Below are positions 12,178 through 24,035 of a DNA stretch of 64,000 nt, in pieces; the stretch's first letter is position 1, and the number at the start of each line of letters is the position of its first letter. The notes beneath the pieces were generated by a model. The model saw only the letters and a program-made list of their open reading frames with translations, was not told the DNA's origin and searched no databases. Source of the DNA: Felis catus (lineage: Eukaryota); NCBI RefSeq assembly GCF_018350175.1, contig NC_058368.1:185816001-185880000 (forward strand), read 5' to 3'. A program made the position numbers and the translations under genes.

Positions 12178-12624
12178 TCGTTAATATTATTTAATATGTG
12201 AAGACATTAGGATGGTGTTTAAAAATACCTATAAATGAAATGGGTTACTTTTATGCTATATTTTATATAAATAGTCTATTTCTGAGAAACTTCGGGAAAA
12301 GTAGCTTTTTGCAATAGGTTTGAAAAACCATCTAAAGGTGGTATTAACCAAAATCTAAATTGACATAAATAATAAATTCTTCTATGACTCTTTTGTTTGC
12401 TTGGTCTTGGAAGGATTGCAGTACTTTATGTGGACTGAAATCCTTTTTGAATTAATTTTAGAGCACTTAGGACTCTGAGAATCCTATTTATAATTCACAC
12501 TAGGGCTTGGAACTAACAATCAAAATCCTGAATATTTTGGTGTATTTAGGAAAACTCATAGGCTTTCGTTCTGGTCAGGTTTACTCTTGTACACTATACC
12601 TTAATTTTAATCTACTGTTAAAAA

Positions 12625-12723
12625 AAGTTATTATTTAATGTCTATACACAATACGGGGCTCAAACTCACAATCCCAGGATCAAGAGTTTCATGCTCATCT
12701 GACTGAGCCTGCCAGGCAGCCCA
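12625..12723 (-). mobile_element. Short/old carnivore tRNA-SINE
   Basis: 'ggggctcaaactcacaatcccaggatcaagagtttcatgctc..gactgagcctgccaggc'. Confidence 0.7.
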
Positions 12724-13449
12724 TGATGCCTTAATTTAAACAAGTTTTACAGTGATATTTTTAGTAGTAACATGAATGTAAGGAACTAAAAAAAAAAAAC
12801 ATTCTTCTATAGTACTTTAATCAATGTAGTGTCCTTGCTTTAGATATATATCATAAATTATAATCTAACAATAAAACTCCCATAGTTTCCCAAAAAACTA
12901 AACTGTTCATGGGCTATATGAGTGAAAAGGATTACAGACAAGTATGCTTTACATTTGTTTTACCCAATTCTTAACTGAGAGTCTCTTAAAAATCAGAAAA
13001 GAACACATTGTTTTTGTATGCTATAATTTCCGCTCAATATCTGCTCAGGGAGGCCCATAATTATGCATTCCATTTAGGTAAAACAGTTTACTTTTCCTCT
13101 CTTATGTTTAATCTTCATAGTATAGACAAATGTAAAGGTCATTTTTAATTTTAATGCTTTGAAAAATACTGATTAATCTGAAAATATGAAAATAGTAGAA
13201 GACTAAAATCTCCTATGCTATCACTTTTATCCATTTCTAAAACCTAATTTTCCTCCTCTACTATTTTTAATCAATAATAGTCACTATAAATGGCATACCC
13301 ACAAATTCATCTAAAAATACTTCATTAAAACAGTTATATCACAATCATAATTCAAAGCAATAGCTATTTTAATTTTTTCTTTGATTTCTTTGGAAGAGAG
13401 AGTAGGAGAGGGCAAAAGAAAATAAAATCATGAAACAACTTACTGTATT

Positions 13450-14765
13450 CTTAAAAAAGTTAAAATCTAATAATTGCACTACTGGCTATTTACCCCCACA
13501 CCCCACCCCCCCAAAAAAGCTAAAACACTAATTCAGAGGGATACAGGCACCCCTATGTTTATTGCAGCATTTTTTTTACAATAGCCAAAGTGTGAAATCA
13601 AAGTATTCATCAATATATGAATGGATAAAGAAGATGTGATATATATTATTCAGCCATAATAAAAGAATGAAATCTTGCCATTTGCAACAATATCAATAGA
13701 GCTAGAGTGTATTGTACTAAATGAAATATGTCATTTAGAGAAAGAAAGACAAACACTGTTATAGACTCTAAGTCTAAAGTTCTCTTTTGGCCGGCAAAAA
13801 AGCAGGATGCAGGATGAAAAACAAGAGATGGGTAACATCCAGGAAAAGATAAGAGCCCCAAATAAGGGTCCTTGCCCCATTTTTATTAGGATCAGAAGGC
13901 TTGCAAACATGGCGATGGATGTGCACAAAGAGACAATGAATCTGTGAACATTAACTTGTGGATGTGTGGGAAAGGGGTTCTTGAAGATATTTGGGGTTAG
14001 GGGTTTGGGTTAATACAAAGCAAAATCCTGACACCAGGTAGTGGGGTAGAAGGTTCTTTACAGTGGACATGAGGCACCACCTCTGTTTATTTTAGCTAGC
14101 CTAGGGGATGAGATATGTAGGACATTTGATCTCACAGTTAACAAGGCACTTTTTCTTTTGTTAATCATCTCTGCTCAGGGCTTCTTCACCTGCAGTGCAG
14201 CAGTCTATAGCCCAATTTACCTGTTTACCTAACTTTGTCCTTCCTTCCTGTGAAAGCAGCTTTCTGCTATAATACTAAATTGGGGGGCGGGAGGGGGTGC
14301 TTCCACCCTGAATATCTAATCTCGCCTATTTCATATACCTATGTATTGGGTGCCTTTGCACCTCCCTATTCTTGGTTGCCTTGTCCTGTTTATCCAAACT
14401 CGGGTGTGAGCCTCCTATGGCTTTGTACTTCTTTATGCCTTGTTAACCCATTGTTGTAACCCCGGGAAATTTCTAAGCTTATTCCCCACAAAATACCATA
14501 CGATTTCTTTCATATATGGAATTTAAGAAACAAAATATGCAAAGGAAAAAATATGGAAAGCAATAAACAGAATTAAACTATAGACAACAAACTCATGGTT
14601 ATCAGAGGGGAGGTGAGTGGTGGGAGAGAAATGAAATAGGTGATGTGGATTAAGGAGGTACTTGTAATGAGCACTGGGTGATGTATGGAAATGTCAAAAC
14701 ACTGTATTTGTACACTTGAAACTAATATAACCTGTGTTTTAACTATATTGGAATTTTAAAAAAGA
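13450..14765 (+). mobile_element. Carnivore L1 3' end (ORF2 C-terminus + 3' UTR), interrupted by an LTR
   Basis: 'gcacccctatgtttattgcagca', 'aagaatgaaatcttgccatttgcaacaa', 'gagcactgggtgatgtatgga' and an A-rich end. Confidence 0.9.
13757..14490 (-). mobile_element. ERV solo LTR, probably ERV2/ERVK class
   Basis: Minus strand runs TGTGGGGAATAAG...CTATAACA (TG...CA). 6-bp TSD aaacac/aaatac. Minus-strand AATAAA at ~13882-13887. The L1 sequence is continuous across the insertion. Confidence 0.8.
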
Positions 14766-14772
14766 AACAAGA

Positions 14773-15162
14773 AAATACCATAGAGTTGGTGACTTAAACA
14801 ACAGACATTTATTTCTCATAGTTCTAGAGATTGAGAAGTTTTGGATCAAGCTGCTGGCACATTTAGTTCATGGTGAGGGCTCTCTTCATGGCTTGCAGAT
14901 GGCTGCCATCTTGCTCTGTGCTCACATGATTTCTCTCTGAGCATGCAAGGGAAGGGGAAGAGAGAGAAAGAATAAACGAATTAATTAATAGGCCCTCTTA
15001 TCTCTTCCTATAAGAATATTGGTCTGATCATGAGGACCCTGGCCTCATAACCTTATCTAAATCTAATTACCTGTTGAAGAACCAACTTCTAAATACTATC
15101 ATATCGGGGGTTAGGGCCTCAACAATTGGATTTAGGGGGATACAAACAGCCAGTCCATTACA
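14773..15162 (-). mobile_element. ERVL-MaLR LTR, MLT1A-like
   Basis: 'cttaaacaacagacatttatttctcatagttct..ggtgagggctctctt..ggcttgcagatggctgccatcttgct..ggggttagggcctcaaca..cagtccattaca'. Confidence 0.85.
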
Positions 15163-16359
15163 GGTGTGCACAATAAGCAAGGAATTATTCTACATACTGA
15201 ACATACAGTAGTAAACAAATCAAATAGACAACTCTGTCCTTGAATGAAAGAGGAAGATGGTGGCAGTATAGGAGGACCATAAGGTCCTCTCATCCCATGA
15301 ACAGTAGATAAATATCACATTACCCCAGTTTTCCCAGAAATCGACCTGAAGACTGATAGAGCAAACCCCAAAACCAAAGGGAGAGAAAATTTCGTATCAA
15401 AGCAAATAGGAAGTACAGAAATGTAATTTAGGAGAGAAATAGATTGCGGGTGATATGGAGTGGAGGGTTCCATGATTGTTGAGAAGGGCCAAGGGAATGC
15501 ACAAGGAGAACATTTCCCCAAAGCCATTGGCTTTGAAAATGAGACAGGCTGAATTTTGTGATTTCATAGAACCAGCATGGCTTACAGCCTGGAGTTTAAA
15601 GATTAGGAGGCTTGGTTGGGATAAGGACTGGAGAGGATTGTAGTTCTCTTGGAGAAAAGGCAAGCAAACAACCTGGGAACAAACAGGATGCAAACAGCAA
15701 TCTGAAGAGCACCTTAGGCACAGAGTGGGGAGATTATTCACTCTTCTCAGAGTGCTTCCCTGAGAAGTAGCATTCATGGAGATATCTCTCTGGGAACAAA
15801 GGACCTGGCTAGTGCCATTTCCCTCCTCCACCCTGAGCAAAAACATAGAGCCACCTGTAGAAAAACCAGCACAGCATTGCCACTGGCTGCCTAACTTGCA
15901 TACACCAAGTCCCACCATTGCCTCTCCCTGTGTTTAGTGAGACTGCCCTTTTTAGTCATGCTTGACTCATTCCCATTACAGTGGGCCCCTACCTCAGAAG
16001 ACCAGCACAAACCCTTGTTCATACCACATCTCCCATACAGAGAGTTCTTCAGGGCATTAGTTCTGGTGTAGGTAGTGTCAGATCTCATTTCACAAGCAAA
16101 CCAGAGCACACCTAGTTAAAATTCAGCACAGGCCAGGAACCAAACGCTTCCCAGAACAGAGAAGGAGAGCCTCTGTAGATGACTAGCCTGAAGGATAGAG
16201 TATTCAAAACACAATAGCAGTGTGCATTCCACATATCCTGGAGACACTCCCTGAAGTGCCAGGCCTTGGCCACGATATGACTTTTTCTCCATAAGGCCAT
16301 TACTTTCAGGAACAGGAGACTTAACTGCCTTTTCTAACACATATAAGATGGCAGAGACA

Positions 16360-17270
16360 AAATTCAAAGATAGAGGAATTTGTCCCAAATGTAAGAACAA
16401 GAAAAGGTTGCAGCCAGAGATCTAATTCAAAACAGATATAAGTAATACACATGATGGGAGAATTTAAAGCAACAATCAAGGATTATTGCTGGGCTTGAGA
16501 AAAACATGGAAGAAATCAGGAAGAACGGTTACTGTAGAGATAAAAAAAGTTTAAAAAACAGGCAGAAATGAAAAATGCAATAACTGAGATTCAAGACAGA
16601 TTTGATGTGATGACAACAAGGATAGGACAAGCAGAGAAATGAATAAGTGATATAGAAGATAGAATTATAGAAAATAAGCTGAACAAAATAATTATGGGTC
16701 ATGAGAATAGACTTAGGGACTCAGTGACTGCATCAAATGTAATAACGTGTATTATATGATTCCCAGAAGAAGAGAGAGAAAAGGGGCCAGAAAACTTCTT
16801 TCTGGACATAATAGCAGAAAACTACTATAATCTGGGGAAGGAAACAGACATTCACATCCAGGAGGCACAGAGAACTCCCATCAAAATCAACAAAAGCAGG
16901 TCAGCACCAAGACAAATTATAATTACATTTAGTGATAAGTTAATCTTGTAATAAAATATAGTGGTAAAGAAAAGATCTTAAAATCAGCAAGATAAGGAAG
17001 TCCTTATATTACAAGGAAAAACCCATAAGACTAGCTGGAGATTTCTCAACAGAAACTTGGCAAGCCAGAAGGAAGTGGCATAATCTATTCAACATGCGGA
17101 ATTGGAAAAACTGGTAGTCAAGAACACTGTATCCAGTAAGGCTATCATTCAGAACAGAAGGAAAGAGAAAGAGTTTTCCAGATTAAAAAAAAAAAAAAAC
17201 AAAAACAGAAACTAAAGGAGTTTATTACCACTAAACCAGCCTGCAAGAAATATTAAAGGGCTCTCTTTGA
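16360..17270 (+). pseudogene. Decayed L1 ORF1 (RNA-binding protein)
   Basis: 'ctggggaaggaaacagacattcacatccaggaggcacagagaactcc' and 'ctgtatccagtaaggctatcattcaga' are L1 ORF1 motifs. The frame is disrupted. Confidence 0.8.
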
Positions 17271-17645
17271 GTGCAGAGACCAATAGTGAAACAGACAAGA
17301 AAAGAACAGAGAAAATCTCCAGAAACTACAAGAAAACAAGGAATAAAATGGAAATAAATACATATCTATCAATAATTACTTTGAATATGAATGGACTAAA
17401 TGCTCCAATCAGAAGACATAGCGTATGAGAATGGATAAAAACAAAACAAAACAAAAACCACAAAACAAGTCCCATTTATATGCTGCCTATAAGAGAGTCA
17501 TTTTAGACCTAAAGACACCTATGAATTGAAAGTGAGGACATGGAGAAATATTTACCATGCAAATGAATGTCAAATGAAAGAGTAGCAATACTTACATCTG
17601 ATAAATTAGACTTTAAAACAAAGACTATTATATGAGACAAAGAAA

Positions 17646-18095
17646 GGGGCGCCTGGGTGGCTCAGTCTGTTAGGCGTCTGACTTCGGTTCAGGTCATGAT
17701 CTCGCAATCCGTGAGTTCGAGCCCCGCATCGGACTCTGTGCTGACACCTCAGAGCCTGGAGCCTGCTTCGGATTCTGTGTCTTCCTCTCTCTCTGACCCT
17801 CCCCTGTTCATTCTCTGTCTGTCTCTGTCTCAAAAATAAATAAACGTTGGGGTGCCTGGGTGGCTCAGTCGGTTAAGTGGCCGACTTTGGCTCAGGTCAT
17901 GATCTCACGGTCCGTGGGTTTGAGCCCCGCATCAGGCTCTGTGCTGACAGCTCAGAGCCTGGAGCCTGTTTCAGATTCTGTGTCTCCCTCTCTCTGACCC
18001 TCCCCCGTTCATGCTCTGTCTCTCTCTGTCTCAAAAATAAATAAATGTTAAAAAATTTTTTTTAAATAAATAAACGTTAAAAAAATTAAAAAAAA
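17646..18095 (+). mobile_element. Felid SINE (outer) inserted in L1 ORF2
   Basis: GGGGCGCCTGGGTGGCTCAGTC head. TSD gagacaaagaaagg at 17634-17647 and 18096-18109. Confidence 0.95.
17849..18063 (+). mobile_element. Felid SINE (inner) inserted in the tail of the outer SINE
   Basis: Full SINE flanked by 15-bp TSD aaataaataaacgtt at 17834-17848 and 18064-18078. Confidence 0.95.
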
Positions 18096-19540
18096 GAGAC
18101 AAAGAAAGGCACTATATAATCATAAAGGGGACAATCCAACAAGAAGATACAACAATTATAAATATGCACCCAAATGAAAGCAACCAAATGTATAAAACAA
18201 TAACACAAACACAATACACAAACACAAAGAAACTAACTGATTATAATACAATAGTAGTATGGGATTTTAATACCCCGTTTATATCAGTGGACAGACCATT
18301 TAAATAGAAAATAAAAAGAAAACAATGTTTTGAATGACACACTAGACCAGATGGACTTAACAGATATATTCAAAACATTACATCCTACAACAGAATACAC
18401 ATTCTTGTCAAGTGCACATGAAACATTCCCCAGAATATATCACATATTAGGTTACAAAACAGGCATCAACAAATAAAAAACATGAAGTTGTACCATGCAC
18501 CTTTTTATAACCACATTGCTATGAAACTAAAAGTCAACCACAAGAAAAAAATATGGAAAGACCACAAATACATGGATGTTAAACAACATGTGCTAAACAA
18601 AAATAGATCGACTAGGAAATGAAAGAAGAATTAAAAACATTGAAACGAAATTGAAAACACAATGGTGCAAAACCTTTGAGAGGCCGCAAAAGCAATCCTA
18701 GGAGGCAAGTATATAGCAAAACACGCCTACAGTAAGAAACAAGAAAACTTTCAAATAAAAAACTTAACCTTACACCTAAAGGAGCTAGGAAAACAAACAA
18801 ACAAAAAAAAAAACAAAACAAAACAAACAAAAAGCCAAAAGCCATCAGAAGGAAGGAAATAATAAAGATTGAAACAGAAATATATAATATAGAAACTAAA
18901 AAAACCCAATAGAACAGATCAATGAAACCAGAAGCTGGATCTTGAAAAAATTAATAAAATTGATAAACTTCTAGCCAGACTTATCCAAAGGAAAAGAAAA
19001 AGCATCCTAATAAATAGTCACAAATTACAGAGTAGAAATAAACAACACCACATAAATACAAACAATTATATATAAAATTATAAAAAAACTATATGCCAAC
19101 AAATTGGACAACCTAGAAAAAAATGGATTAATTCCTAGAAACACGAATTACCCAAACTGAAACAGGAAGAAATAGAAAAACTTGAACAGACCAATAACCA
19201 GCAAATAAATTGAATCAGTAATCAAAATGCTTTCAACAAACAAAACTCCAGGACCAGATGGCTTCACAGGTGAATTCTATCAAACATTTAAAGAAGAGTT
19301 AATACTTACACTTATCAAACTATTAAAAAAAAAACAAAAAGGAAAGAAAAGTTCCAGATTAATTTTCTGAGGCCAGCAAAACAAGATATACCAGTAAAAA
19401 AGAGAACTACAGGCCAATGTTCCTGATAAACATGAATGCAAAAATTCTCAATAAAATACTAGAAAACCAAATCCAACAATACATTAAAAAAAATTCACCA
19501 GAATCAAGTGGGATTTATTCTTAGGTTACAAGGGTGGTTT

Positions 19541-19745
19541 GGGGCGTGTGGGTGACTCAGTCGGTTGGGCATCTGACTTCGACTTGTGTCGTGAGTCCAC
19601 AGTTTGTGACTTGAGCCCCGCATAGGGCTCTGTGCTGAGAGCTCAGAGCCTGGAGCCTGCTTCGAATCTGTGTCCCCCTCTCTCTCTCAGCCACTCCCCT
19701 GCTCACACTCTGTCTCTCAAAAATAAATGAATGTGAAAAAAAACA
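19541..19745 (+). mobile_element. Carnivore SINE inserted in L1 ORF2
   Basis: SINE head, body and tail. 12-bp TSD acaagggtggtt at 19528-19539 and 19746-19757. Confidence 0.93.
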
Positions 19746-20627
19746 ACAAGGGTGGTTCAATATTTGCAAATCAATCTACATGATATATCCCATTGATACA
19801 AAAAAGGATAAGAACCATATGATCATTTCAGTAGATGCAGAAAAAGTATTTGACAAAGTGCAACATCCATTCATGATAAAAATCCTCAAAAAGTAGGTTT
19901 AGAGGGAACATATCTCAACATATTAAAGGCTATATACCAAAACTCCCCAGCTAGTATCATCCTCAATGGGAAAAAACAGAGTATTTCCTATGGTCATGAA
20001 CAAGACCAGGATATCCACTTTTAGCACTGTTATTTAACATAGTATTAGAAATCCTAATCACAGCAATCAGACAACAAAAAGAAATAAAAGGCATTCAAAT
20101 TGGCAAAGAAGTAGTACAACTTTCACTATTTTTAGATGACATGACACTATATATAGAAAAACTGAAAGAGTCCACCAAAAACCTGATGGAACTGATAAAA
20201 AAAAATCAGTAAAGTTGCAGAATACAAAATCAACATACAGAAATTTGTTGTTTATATATATCAGTCACCAATAGACTTGATTAGAAGTCAGGTGTATCTA
20301 GGTCATCTGATTCTATCTCCATATAGCTCTGTGGATAAGTAATAAAGCAAACACTTCACCTCCAATTTAGCCAATATTTTCTATTTCTTCTCTATTATTG
20401 ATATAAGCTAGATAAAGGAAATAAGTTCTGGAAAATCTCCTAGCAAATAATATTAGTGAAACTCTAGAGGGGGAAGGGAAAGTGAAAGTCTTGCAATGGA
20501 CATATGGAATTCACCTGGGTACTCTTTTCCAACCAGTGAGAATAGGGGGCCGAGGAAAGGAATGATCTGGAGTATGTGGAGCATTGGGACTCTCTTGGTA
20601 TGTTGATAAAGAAAACAAGTGTAATTT

Positions 20628-20756
20628 CCTCCTTTTATAGATGAGAAATAGGAGACCAAAGAACTCAAAATAATCTTCTTCCCATACCAAGGTAATTACA
20701 AATTTTGGGCCAGCACCCATGTTTTTTGATTCCTAAACCAAAACACTTCCATCTAC
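20628..20756 (-). mobile_element. MIR fragment
   Basis: Core-like 'ttttatagatgagaaataggagaccaaaga'. Confidence 0.5.
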
Positions 20757-20942
20757 GTGGAATGCTTTCTATTGATGGTAGTGAAATGTGCCAGAGGTGA
20801 GTGCCTTTTGAGAATACTCAGGTAAAGGAAATATCTAAAATGAATATACTTGCTTTTACATAAATGATCAATAGGATCATACTTTGATTCCTGTGTTTTA
20901 TATGGGTTTCTCTATTTTGAATATTATCAAGAATATTTTTGT

Positions 20943-21130
20943 GAAGCATCTGGGTGGCTCAGTTGAGTGTCCAACTCATGATTTCTACTCAGGTCATGAT
21001 AACAGGGTCAAGAGATGAGCCCCATGTCTGGGTTCATGCTGAGTGCAGAGCCTACTTAGGATTCTCTCTCTCTCCCTCTGCCTCTCTCCCCCACTCTCTC
21101 TCAAATAAAAAAATAACAATAATAAATAAA
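20943..21130 (+). mobile_element. Older carnivore SINE
   Basis: 'tgggtggctcagttgagtgtccaact..ctcaggtcatga..gagccc', CT tract and A-rich tail. Confidence 0.85.
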
Positions 21131-22299
21131 ACACAGTATTTGTGTTGCAAAGTGGTATACATACACTTGTGACTAACTTGTGGGTCTCAGTTTATGTATT
21201 TAGTGAGTTTAATTTTTGTTTCACAGACTGTTTAGATTCCACTTAGATTGGTCTGCCACTATTTGAAATCAACTTCTTCATATAGGTTAGATTTTGCCAA
21301 TCTTAGGTAATACCGCTTGAATACAAATAATGTCAAAAGGAAAGTTAAAAGAAATAGAAGTTAGTAGAATTTAGCTGATTCAAATGTCAAAAGAAAATCA
21401 TTTAATTGATATGTAGTTGAGATTTAAAAAACGTAATGAGAAGCTACTCTGTGATTGAGATTAGGACTTGCAGTCACACATGGCATCACTTTGATCCTCA
21501 GCGCAATGTTGACCCATAGTAAACATTGAATTAATATCTTTTATTTCAGTGAATTCATTTTCTATATCATTTCCTTGTTTTGAAGATTGTTATGTATCCA
21601 TTTTGTTAGTATCCACCCATTCTGTTAGTTCTACACTTCTTTTAGCAAGATACATTTCCAAGAGAAAAGCAGAGATGAGTGTGTATATATAACATCTCTA
21701 TAAGTATATTTCTATTTTGAAATTAGTAAAAGGGAAGAAAATAAGAATTTTGGCATGTAAGAAGTCACAATGAATAGAAGGAAACTGGGGAAGTTTGAGG
21801 AATTCAACTTTTTGTTTAGATAAGAATGAAAAAGAAAAAGCATCTGCTTTTTTCTGATTTTGATAGTGCTGCATAGTGAAATTCAGTTAATATTTTATAC
21901 TGGGCTATTCTGTAATCTCAGATTTTTTATTCTGAGCATCATTTTCAATTGAATGGAGTCCTAGGTATGTATGTATATAGAAAAATTCATAGAATGGTTT
22001 AAAACATAAGTGAAGATGTCAGGAAAGTTGGCCTTTCTGACTTGTGCATCAGTGCACTTTGTTTTTTCATGCCATATTCACTGTTTCTCTTGTGAACAGT
22101 TTTAGACTTTGGTCTAAAAATAGACTGCCAAAAAATCAACTTTTTCTATCAAATTGCCAATCAAGTGTGTTTTCTGTGACTCAAGTTTTATTGAACATTA
22201 ATAGTGACTTGATATCTAATAAGGTATTTTTAGAAACCTATCTTCCCTTTATTAAGATGTACCTCACACACTTATTCCTATAATTCATGAAGGAGAAAA

Positions 22300-22640
22300 C
22301 ACAATCTTTTATTCATTACACAAATTCATGAGGCATCATTAATATCATTGTTGGCAATATGAGCATTCAGAAGATTCCAAAACTCTTGAAGAAAAGTATT
22401 AAACATCTCTTTCCTTCATCCACACATACACACAAATGAATGTTACACAGAAACATATTTATAATAGCAGGTGGAAGAAATTTGGCTTGACAGAAATCCA
22501 TAGTGACAAAGCATGGGCTTTTAGATGAGGACAAGCTCAGTAGATATCAACAGTGCAAAATGACTCTGAAGATTCCTAATCTTAGGAATCTTAGGTGCTG
22601 TGGCACCTAACAGCAAAGTGGAAGTATGATTAATCAGATC
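22300..22640 (+). mobile_element. L3/CR1 LINE fragment
   Basis: 'gggcttttagatgaggacaagctcagtagatatcaacagtg..ctaatcttagg' resembles the L3 RT 3' region. Confidence 0.5.
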
Positions 22641-23566
22641 ATTACTTTTAGGGTGGAAACACGGAAAGATACGGTTGTAATATTAGGCACAGCATACATT
22701 CGGGTTCAGAGGGCCATTTCACATTCCTGAGGTATGCTGTTATTTCTGCATTCCTTAATTCAAGTGAGCCCTCCTTTGAAAGCTGTTGCTGGATTGGAAA
22801 AGAAAAGAGGTCCTAAAATAAACCTGTATGTTATTCGGGCATCCTATATTCAGCTATGGAAATACAGGAATCTCTTTACATTGTTTTACATACCAGTGTA
22901 ACTGCAGCATCAATATATGTATAATCATGTACTCCTATGTGTTGAATAAGCAGACTACAATAAATAACAATAAAATAAGTTACGACCAAGGCAGGAGAGA
23001 GAAGTGAAAGTGAGGGTGAAAACATATTTGCAGAGACAATTTTGGGAGAAGTTCTAAAAGTGGAAATCTGGAAATTACTTCCTTTGGGAAAAGTACTTAG
23101 CACCTTTTCAGAGTAGAAATAATTCTCCGATATTTTAATCATAAGAATTCTCTCTTAGCTGACAAATAAAAGTGAGAACTACTATTTCCAGTTCCTAACC
23201 AAGGCAGACTGAATTTAAAGAGTGTCATTCCTATGTTAGCGTGATTTTTTTTTGCTCTGAGAGAAACTGAAGCTAGGTTATCAGATCAAGCCTGCCTTGC
23301 AGGGAACTAGGTTCTGGTCTGAGCCATGTTGTAAATAAACAGCAGCCATTTTAATTAATTTCTAGGAAAAACAAAAGACTTTGCAAATACATGTAAGCGG
23401 CATTATGAACATTGCGCTATTCATAGGCAAAATGGGATTAGCAGCCTAAATGAAAGTACTTTTCTCTTACTGGGTTGAGAAAATTTTGAAATTTCTATCC
23501 TTGCTTGTCATACCAGAAATGTTTACTTAGTCATTAGCTTTTGTGACAATATAAGAATAAAATGGT

Positions 23567-24035
23567 TTGATAGGCAGAAAAATACAGCCCAAATATTTTG
23601 TGTCTTCTGCAATGAAGTGGTGAAGCCAATTTTGCCAACTCTTGAACTGAGCTGAACTTATGATTTGATTTGACTAATAGAATATTGGCAAAGTGCATTG
23701 TGGGTCCAGAGCCTAGACTTTAAGCCCCCTAGCATAGCGTTTAGTTTCACCCTCTTGGAGTGATGCTCTTAGCCATCTTTTGCTCTAGAATACTAGAGGG
23801 TAAGAGACATATAGAGAAGACTTGAGTGGTCGTGGTCATCAGCCAGCATTAATGCCAGACAAGTCATCGGTGACCATCTTGGGTCTTCTAGTCCAGCCAA
23901 CTCTTGAGCTCTGTGTAGTCATGTAAGTGAGCCCAATAAAAATCAGCAGAGAAGCCACCAAGCTAATGAACAAAGTATAAAATAGTAAAGTGTTGTTTTA
24001 AGCCACAAATTTGTTATACAGGAATAGATAACTTA
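23567..24035 (+). mobile_element. ERVL-MaLR LTR (MLT1G/H-like)
   Basis: 'gatttgactaatagaatattggcaaagtg', 'ccatcttgggtcttctagtccagcc', and end 'tgttgttttaagccac..ttgttatacaggaatagataact'. Confidence 0.7.

Larger units (their letters stand above)
15245..20265 (+). mobile_element. Carnivore LINE-1 with 5' UTR, ORF1 and ORF2 (EN to RT), 3'-truncated and decayed
   Basis: 5' motif 'gaggaagatggtggcagtataggaggac'. ORF1-like and ORF2-like sequence with many stops and frameshifts. Ends shortly after the RT F(L)DDM motif (~20130-20143). Confidence 0.92.
17348..20265 (+). pseudogene. Decayed L1 ORF2 (APE endonuclease + partial reverse transcriptase)
   Basis: Starts ATG-E-I-N-T-Y-L-S-I-I-T-L-N-M-N-G-L-N-A-P-I, with [14 protein letters not shown] and [16 protein letters not shown] motifs. 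Interrupted by SINEs and stops. Confidence 0.9.

Noticed and set aside
15397..15918. 173-aa antisense ORF in the L1 5' UTR (ORF0-like idea)
   Set aside because: It has a non-ATG start and lies in a decayed L1 copy. ORF0 is described for primate L1s, and a chance frame is the simpler explanation.
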